NCBI GenBank assembly: GCA_963675595.2 | Contig: CAXXLZ010000002.1 | Span: 736,001-800,000, forward strand | DNA from: Thermodesulfobacteriota bacterium | GTDB lineage: Bacteria > Desulfobacterota > Desulfarculia > JACQYL01 | Direction: 5' to 3' | DNA length: 64,000 nucleotides | The notes under the pieces: model-generated | Told to the model about the DNA's origin: nothing | The model's database searches: none | Seen by the model: only the letters and a program-made list of their open reading frames with translations | Position numbers and translations under genes: made by a program | Part shown: positions 57,364 to 64,000 of the stretch, piece after piece | How the letters are laid out: every line of letters starts with the position of its first letter | How positions within the stretch are numbered: the first letter of the stretch is position 1

Positions 57364-58661
57364 TGTCAAGCCCCCAGTTTTTGGTCCAGGAGTTATGAGA
57401 GTTTTATCATGACTCGCGGTTTTCCATCCCCGGCCCTTGGGGCCTCGGCGAAGCCGAGCTGAGCGAGGCGGAGTCGAGGCCCCAAGGGCTCGCCGCGAAC
57501 TGGGCCGGGGTCATGTAATTCAATGCACTGTGCGGTCTTTCCTCGTTATAGGCTTTCCGCCATTTGGCGGCCAGAGTCTGCGCTTCCTTGATGTTGTTGA
57601 AAATTTCCATGTTCAAGAATTCATCCCGAAAACGGCTGTTGAAACTTTCCACGTACCCGTTCTGCCAAGGGGCTCCCGGCTCGACGAAAAGGGTTCCCAC
57701 TCCCAGGTCTTTCAGCCAGTTTCTCACCTTTTGGGCTATAAATTCGGGACCGTTATCCGATCGAATGCCCGTTGGAACTCCCCGCTCGCCCATCAATCGG
57801 CTCAGCTCGTTCAAAACGTCTTCACCCGTAATGGAGCGGTTGATCCTCAGGGCCAGGTTTTCCCGAGTAAACTCGTCGACAATGGCCAAGCACTTGAACT
57901 GACGGCCGTCGACCAAGCGGTCATGAATGAAATCCAACGTCCAGACATCATTTGCAAAAGCCGCCTTACGCTTGTTGCACGCATTGGCATCAACTCCCAG
58001 GAAGCGTTTCTTCTTGGCTTTTCGAGGTACCTTGAATCCTTCCTCTTTCCAAAGTCTATGAATTCGCTTGTAGTTTACCGCCCACCCCGCATCACGCAGC
58101 AGCCGAGTGATCCTACGGCATCCAAAACGGGGATGTTCTCCAACCAACCGGTGAAGAGCCTTGATCAGTTCCACCTCATCGTCCCGTTCCTTCGGCTCAT
58201 AACGTTGGGTGGATCGGTGTTGACCGGCTACGCGGCAGGCCCGACGCTCTGAAGCGGCATGTTCACTTCGAACATAATCAACCGCTTTCCTACGACGCGC
58301 CGGGCTTAGAAGTTTCCCTCCGCAAGATCCTTCAGCATTGCCTTGTCCAACATCAGATCGGCGACCAGCTTTTTTAAGCGTGCATTTTCCTTTTCCAGTT
58401 CTTTTAGCCGTTTGGCCTCCTCAGCCTTCATCCCCCCATACTGGTTTCGCCACCGGTGGTACGTCGCCTCGCTCACCTCCAGCGATTGGCAAACCTGCGC
58501 TATCGTCTGCCCTGCCGTCAGACGACGGTCCGCGTCTTCAAGTTTCCGGATGATTTGCTCCGCGCTGTGTCTCTTTCTCTTGGCCATGCAAAAAGTCTCC
58601 TTCCGTTCTTTGGGCATTCAGACTCTCATTATACATGGACCAATTATCGGGGGGCATTCCA
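57364..58661 (-). mobile_element. IS3-family insertion sequence (IS407-group-like), about 1.3 kb
   Basis: Imperfect TIRs TGTCAAGCCCCCAGTTTTTGGTCCAGGAGTTATGAGAGT and TGGAATGCCCCCCGATAATTGGTCCATGTATAATGAGAGT; orfA and orfB inside. Confidence 0.93.
57407..58587 (-). CDS. IS3 transposase OrfAB via programmed -1 frameshift
   Basis: OrfA MAKRKRHSAEQIIRKL...LAEGNF*; slippery G_GGA_AAC at 58312-58318; -1 frame LSPARRRKAV... joins the DDE domain (WTLDF, DEFTRE, RSDNGPEF, QNGYVESFN). Confidence 0.92.
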
Positions 58662-58846
58662 ATACCGTTCATCCCAGGCATGGCATAATCCGTCAGAATC
58701 AAGTTAACTTTTTTTGTATCGGATTGAATAATCTTTAGACCGTCCTCGGCGGAAAAAGACTCAAGCACATTATAACCAAGACTCCTCAGTCCTCTTTTCA
58801 GCGACTTGACCTGTACAACCTCATCATCAATAACTAGTATGTTCAT
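58662..58846 (-). pseudogene. Response-regulator receiver domain truncated by the IS3 element
   Basis: MNILVIDDE...LILTDYAMPGMNGI then runs into the IS end; GAGGGAG RBS. Confidence 0.85.
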
Positions 58847-58922
58847 ATTCGGCGGTCTCCCTCTAAAAATTCAGTTGGAACTTCCCTGAAGTGTTTAGAG
58901 CCTGGGTAGCTGCTTCGATAGA

Positions 58923-58938
58923 AGCAAGGAGCTTGCCG
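58923..58938 (-). promoter_or_regulatory. Putative sigma54 promoter of the disrupted response regulator
   Basis: CGGCAAGCTCCTTGCT (GG-N10-GC). Confidence 0.6.
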
Positions 58939-59225
58939 ACCGGCGTTTTTCTCGCAAGAAAGAGCCGATAGCTCGTAATTTGGAATAGTTACATTAGGCC
59001 AAAATCCTGTGCAGAAGAATTATCGGGAGTTATTGGGGATTATTGGACGATACCCAAGGGGGGGTCATTTATTGCATCTTTCGGTGAAATATAGTGAATA
59101 TTCAAAGGGATATGGCGGGGGTGCAGTTTTTGACCGGGTAATGAAGCCGACCCCTGAAACCGGTCCGCAAACCCGTCCGCTACGGCACGAGTTTGAACGA
59201 GTCGGCGGAAATAAGAAAACGTATC

Positions 59226-59457
59226 CATTCAGGGGGTATCCGGGACGACCTTATGAAGAAGGTGTTCCCGGCCCCTTGCCCAAACACTTTGAGCGGGTCG
59301 CTCGCTTGCGCGTCGCAACCGAGATTGGGCGTTCTCACTGAATAGGGTACCGGGTCCGTGATAAAAGGAGCCTCTCCACAGACGGCGGCGAGGCCTGCTT
59401 GAAATGTCCAAAGAGGGGTCACTGGGAGAACTTTTTCATAAGCTTCCCCAGTGAATG
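59226..59457. repeat. Composite family B repeat (two convergent halves)
   Basis: Plus half 59236-59345 matches 57141-57248; minus half 59370-59457 (CATTCACTGGGGAAGCTTATGAAAAAGTTCTCCC...GGCCTCGCCGCC...GGAGAGGCT) matches 440-530. Confidence 0.72.
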
Positions 59458-59632
59458 CCTACAAGAAAACAAGTGGTAACGAACGCGGAGTGTTTTCACA
59501 GGGCCGCCGACAACGCGCCTCGTACGCTCATCGGCGTCGATTCAGCCGGCCGCGGGTTTCCGGTTGGACTGCGGTTGGAAGTATTGCTCCAGAGAATCAC
59601 CGGGGAACACATGCTCCCCCGAGCCCTCTTAC

Positions 59633-59787
59633 CAGCCCGTCGAAAAAAGCCGGTTGCCACAGGTGGGTGAAAAACGATGACATGCAAGGGGCACAAATCC
59701 ATGGGAATGAGGCATACATATAAGTACGTCGCAGTGACGAGGGATGAAGCGCAACGCCGCGGGTCGCGTCTTTCAACGACCTGTCTA
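59633..59787 (+). repeat. Dispersed MITE-like repeat, family A (most complete copy)
   Basis: CAGGTGGGTGAAAAACGATGACATGCAAGGGGCACAAATCC...AAGTACGTCGCAGTGACGAGGGATGAAGCGCAACGCCGC...TTTCAACGACCTG; imperfect terminal inverted repeats. Confidence 0.8.
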
Positions 59788-59793
59788 TGCGGG

Positions 59794-60378
59794 TTATTGT
59801 TTTCGTCCGATCAATTTCTCGGACTGCCTGCCCGAGGCCACGTAATATCCACGCGCCACTCCGCCGCCGGCGTAGGCGATGCCGCCCACGGCCAGTCCGC
59901 CGAAAGCGTAATACCCCCCGGCAGCTCCCCCGAATGCGGCCGCCACGCCCAACGCCGTCCCCCCCAGAGCAAACAGACCTGCTGCGAGTCCCCCCAAGGA
60001 AACGAGGCCGATGGAAAGTCCTCCTACGGCAAACACGCCCACGGCGAGCCCTCCAACGGAAACGAATCCCGTGGGCGCGCCCCCCACGGCGATCCATGCG
60101 AGCGGAGCTCTGCCTTGGGCATAAAGAGGAATGCCTAAAAAGGAGGCTTCTGAGCGGTAGGGCATACCTGAAAAATCGCCCCCGCTCTGAGGCGGAAGAA
60201 TGAAGAAAAGAAGCTGCATCAAGAACACAAGCAGCATCAGAGCGACGAAGTATTTTCGAAACGCGGAGTTCCGCTTTTCCGGATTCTCCGGATGATCGGG
60301 ATTCACCAAACTATCGATCCTCTGGAACCACCCATGAATCGCCGGAATCGGATCAAAAACGGGCTCTCTGGTAACCAT
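59794..60378 (-). CDS. Membrane protein with Gly/Ala-rich GxxAxG repeats
   Basis: TM segment, FLGIPL, AWIAVG, then tandem GGLAVGVFAVGGLSIG-type repeats. Confidence 0.65.
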   Translation of the reverse strand: MVTREPVFDPIPAIHGWFQRIDSLVNPDHPENPEKRNSAFRKYFVALMLLVFLMQLLFFILPPQSGGDFSGMPYRSEASFLGIPLYAQGRAPLAWIAVGGAPTGFVSVGGLAVGVFAVGGLSIGLVSLGGLAAGLFALGGTALGVAAAFGGAAGGYYAFGGLAVGGIAYAGGGVARGYYVASGRQSEKLIGRKQ

Positions 60379-60517
60379 TTCGATCTCTCAAAAAGCCGCA
60401 TCGCCGGCAAAGTGAGTCCCTCGCAACCCATCCGGTCCGGAGGCCGGTAACCCTCGCTTCATAGTTCCTGCAAGGGCTTTGGGGAGCCTCTACCCAAAAG
60501 ATCCCGGAAGACAAAAT

Positions 60518-61966
60518 CTACTCGACTTCCCGAATGCCGCACAGTTGTTTGGCCAACTGTTTCTTTTCATTCATATCCACGAGGCGTGAAATCATGATGC
60601 GTTGCGCCTGAGGCGATCCCGCGCCGTGCATGGATTCGGTGAGATAGCCCACGGCCGCAGTTCCCAAGGTGAGGTTTTCGATGAGGCGTAGGATGCGGAA
60701 CCGGCTATCGGTGGGTACGTCTTCTCGTCCTTTATAGTACTTCTGCAGCCACTTGCCCACTTCCGGCGAGTTCAAATCGGATACCGAAGGCAGGGTGACC
60801 ATCAAACCGCCGGCGATGTCCTGCGCCAATCTCGCGATCTCGTAGGGGAAGCGCGTAACGTTTTGTTTGGACACATTGGCCAGCAGGGTGTCCACACAAT
60901 AAGTGCCGCTGGGTTCCCGCCGACCTTCCGCCGCACAGGAAAGAGAACCGCAGAACAGGGTCTCGTTGAGGTGGTTCATTTCGATGAGCTTGTCCTTGAT
61001 GTGGGATGCCTTGTCCGCCCCGTTATACTCGGCCACGGTTTGGGCGGCTCCGATGAGCACGTCGCCCACTCCGACTTTGCAGGCGTAGCTTTGGCGGTGG
61101 TATGAGGCGAATTTCTCCACCAGAGCGCCGGCGAATTCGTATTCTTTGTACATGAATACGCGTTCCCAAGGCACGAACACGTCGTCGAATACCACAAGGG
61201 CTTCATGTCCGCCGAACTGAGGGTTTCCCGTGTCCGTAAGGTCCGCTTCGACCTTCCGGGTATCGCAGGACTGGCGGCCCAGGATGTAGGTAATGCCTTG
61301 CGCGTCGCTCGGCAGAGCGAAGGACACCGCATAGTCCTTGTCCGCCTCCCGCATGGCCATGGTGGGCATGACGATGATCTCGTGGGAATTCACGGCGCCG
61401 GTTTGGTGGGCCTTGGCCCCTCGCACCACGATGCCGTCCTCACGTTCCTGCACCACATGGAGGTACATGTCCGGGTCCGGTTGCTTGTGAGGCGCCAGGG
61501 ACCGATCCCCCTTGGGATCGGTCATGGCCCCGTCGCAGGTCAGGTCGTTCTCCTGGACGTGGACCAGGTATTTTCGAAACCGTTCGTGGTAATCGGTTCC
61601 CTTCGCCGCATCGATGTCATAGGTAATGATGGACAGGGCGTTCAAAGCGTCCACGCCCACACATCGCTGAAAGCAGCACGCGGTGTGCGCTCCCATGAGC
61701 CGTCCCATTTTCGTCTTTTTGATAAGATCGTCCACGCTTTGATGGATGTGCGTGAACCGACTGACGGTCTTGCCGCTGATGTGGGACACGGCCGTCATAA
61801 TGTCTGCGTACTCGGGCCTGAACGCCATCTCATAGGTTTTGGCCACCGCGTTCATGGAAGGACGAATCATGGGATGATCCACCGGATCCTGGATGCGTTC
61901 GCCGAACAGGTAGACGGACAATCTCAACTTTCGCAGGCTCTCTTCGTACTGTTCCGGGGTCATCAT
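60518..61966 (-). CDS. abfD: 4-hydroxybutyryl-CoA dehydratase (HpaB/AbfD family)
   Basis: CFQRCVGVD (FeS ligands), GAMTDPKGDR, GAKAHQTG, YHRQSYACK, TESMHGAGSPQAQ. Confidence 0.9.
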   Translation of the reverse strand: MMTPEQYEESLRKLRLSVYLFGERIQDPVDHPMIRPSMNAVAKTYEMAFRPEYADIMTAVSHISGKTVSRFTHIHQSVDDLIKKTKMGRLMGAHTACCFQRCVGVDALNALSIITYDIDAAKGTDYHERFRKYLVHVQENDLTCDGAMTDPKGDRSLAPHKQPDPDMYLHVVQEREDGIVVRGAKAHQTGAVNSHEIIVMPTMAMREADKDYAVSFALPSDAQGITYILGRQSCDTRKVEADLTDTGNPQFGGHEALVVFDDVFVPWERVFMYKEYEFAGALVEKFASYHRQSYACKVGVGDVLIGAAQTVAEYNGADKASHIKDKLIEMNHLNETLFCGSLSCAAEGRREPSGTYCVDTLLANVSKQNVTRFPYEIARLAQDIAGGLMVTLPSVSDLNSPEVGKWLQKYYKGREDVPTDSRFRILRLIENLTLGTAAVGYLTESMHGAGSPQAQRIMISRLVDMNEKKQLAKQLCGIREVE

Positions 61967-62610
61967 GGCGCGGACTCCTTTTCGGGGGAGGGGGTTCGGC
62001 GGTGCCGGCCGTTTTGGAGAATCCGGTCGGAATTCACACTCGGCTGAAAAAACAGAGAATCAAGTTATTGTACCGATTGAAGGCGGCTAAGTCCAGCCGC
62101 CTTCATCCGCGTGGGCCGCTCTGTGAGACGGCTCAACGATGTGCTGCACGGGCCGACGGAGGAGAGATTTTATGACCTCGGATCGTCCGGGCAACCTGCG
62201 TTTCGGCCCTCTCCCCGAGAGCCCGGACATGCCCGCTTTCGGCTGCCCCATTATGCCGGAACCTTCGCCCCCAACTTCACGAATCGGAGCATTATGCTTT
62301 CCTGAGCCCAAAAAGGGGGATTCCCAAAAACTCTCGAAACGGGTACAGTGGAATAAGGGGCAATATGGACGTAACGTTCTTCGGGGAGCATCCACAATCG
62401 AAATCAGGGGCGGCAGCCGAAGAAGGGCGTCGGCCGGAGCCGCGGGCCGCTCCGGCGCGGTGTCGCGCCTTCACGCCTAAACACCGCGCAAACCGACTCC
62501 CGTCGTCTCACCATCGGCGCACCATGCCCCGATAGGAATGCGCCCTCAGAAGTAGATTGGAAAGGGGTAACTCAACACACAAACCAACCGACCACCGGAA
62601 GGGAATCCCC

Positions 62611-64000
62611 TTGTCCATCTATGTTGATCTCATATTCAATTTGACTCTGCTTATCGCTCTCAGCATCGTATCCGCGTTCATCGAAAGCCGACGTCCGCCT
62701 CATTCCCGTTCCGGCATGGTGCTTCAAGGTCTTCTGTTCGGCTCGGCGGCCGTGCTGGGCATGTTGAACCCCCTGGAGGTCGCCCCCGGAATCATACTTG
62801 ACGGTCGTTCCATCATGGTGTCCCTGTGCGCGCTGTTTTTCGGTCCGTGGGCCGCGGCGGTCTCCGGGATAACGGCTCTGACTTTTCGCTTGTGGCTCGG
62901 CGGCGTCGGAGCGACCACCGGCGCGATCATCGTTTTTTCCTCGGCGGGAATCGGTCTCCTCGCCCATTATCGTCTTAGGCCCCGAACTCGACCACCCTCT
63001 GCATGGACTCTTTGTTTGTTCGGTGTGGTCGTCCACCTGGCCATGCTCGCCCTCCTGTTCACTCTGCCCGGGAACGCCGGCAAGACCGTCGTGTTGCGCA
63101 TCGGTCCGGCCTTGATGCTGCTGTTTCCCTTGGCCACCGTTCTTGCGGGCAAAATCTTGTCGGACCGAGTATCCGCCGCACGCACTCTGGCGGACCTGCA
63201 ACATACCCGGGAAAACCTGGCCATTACTTTGGAGTCCATCGGCGACGCCGTGATCTCCACTGATCTGAAGGCTCGGATCGTATTCATGAATCCCATCGCC
63301 GAGGAGCTTACAGGCTGGTCTCTTAAAGACGCCCGAGGCAAGCCCTTCAACCGCGTCTTTCGCATCATCCACGAAGAGACTCGCGAAGAGATGGAAGATC
63401 CGGTCGGCAAGGTCTTGCGGGTGGGCGGAATCATGGGTCTGTCCAACCATGTCCTTCTCGTGGCCAAGGATGGAACGGAGCGGCCCATTGCCGACTCGGC
63501 GTCACCCATTCGAGACGTATCGGGGGAAATCGCAGGCGTGGTGTTGGTCTTCCGGGACCGGAGTGAACAACGGCGGGCGCGTCGCCTCATGCAGGCGCGT
63601 CCGGTCTTATTGGATTACGCAACCAGGCACACTCCGGACGAATTGCTCACCAGAGCATTGGATGAAATCTGCGTTCTTGCGGACAGTCCCATCGGATTCT
63701 GCCGCCTGCTGAAACCCCATTGGGCAAGCCTCGCTCCCCTGCATTGGTCTCCCCGCACTCTCGATGAATTCTGCGAAGTCCGTGGACAAAACGCTCACAA
63801 CTCCGAAAAGCCCGGGAGCTGGGCGGATTGCATCCTCCGCAAATCACCCGTGGTACACAACGACTTCGCATCCTCGCCACAGGAAAAGGGGCTGCCCGAG
63901 GGACATCCCGACTTGGCCCGTTTCCTGACGGTCCCCATTCTTCGGGAAGGAGAGGTTGTCGCCGTGGTCGGGGTGGGCAACAAACGCACGGAATATACCG
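62611..64000 (+). CDS. Membrane sensor protein: 5TM-LytS-type domain + PAS + GAF (runs off window end)
   Basis: Not in the ORF track. Manual translation from TTG 62611 gives MSIYVDLIFNLTLLIAL...PGIILDGRSI...FFGP; PAS (LESIGDAVISTD...MNPIAEELTGWS); GAF (WADC...PVVHNDF...FLTVPI...VVGVGNK). Confidence 0.88.
   Translation, partial: MSIYVDLIFNLTLLIALSIVSAFIESRRPPHSRSGMVLQGLLFGSAAVLGMLNPLEVAPGIILDGRSIMVSLCALFFGPWAAAVSGITALTFRLWLGGVGATTGAIIVFSSAGIGLLAHYRLRPRTRPPSAWTLCLFGVVVHLAMLALLFTLPGNAGKTVVLRIGPALMLLFPLATVLAGKILSDRVSAARTLADLQHTRENLAITLESIGDAVISTDLKARIVFMNPIAEELTGWSLKDARGKPFNRVFRIIHEETREEMEDPVGKVLRVGGIMGLSNHVLLVAKDGTERPIADSASPIRDVSGEIAGVVLVFRDRSEQRRARRLMQARPVLLDYATRHTPDELLTRALDEICVLADSPIGFCRLLKPHWASLAPLHWSPRTLDEFCEVRGQNAHNSEKPGSWADCILRKSPVVHNDFASSPQEKGLPEGHPDLARFLTVPILREGEVVAVVGVGNKRTEYT

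Overview
GC-rich bacterial chromosomal window whose gene content (class III multiheme cytochrome, QrcA-like cytochrome, CheX, AbfD, sigma54/sigma28 flagellar promoters) suggests an anaerobic Desulfobacterota-type organism; this is an inference. Left part: algI/algJ-type O-acetylation genes, two paralogous beta-propeller lipoproteins, a qrcA-like plus octaheme cytochrome pair, tex, a KaiC-like/XRE/cupin regulator, an APC amine-permease cassette with small membrane proteins, class II photolyase, enoyl-CoA hydratase, USP and nth. Centre: cheA-cheR-cheB-cheX and a flagellar cluster (fliK-like, flhB-C-like, flgE, flgFGAH, flgI, flgJ, flgM). Three Ig-like-repeat lipoprotein genes sit inside that operon between flgH and flgI, which is the most unusual feature here. 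Right part: a ~1,420-aa mosaic surface protein, tudS-like/purM, a DUF1207-like outer-membrane protein, bioB, an IS3-family element truncating a response regulator, abfD and a partial 5TM-PAS-GAF sensor. Several dispersed MITE/REP-like repeat families fill the intergenic spaces. No rRNA, tRNA or CRISPR array was recognised. All calls come from reading motifs by eye, without database searches.
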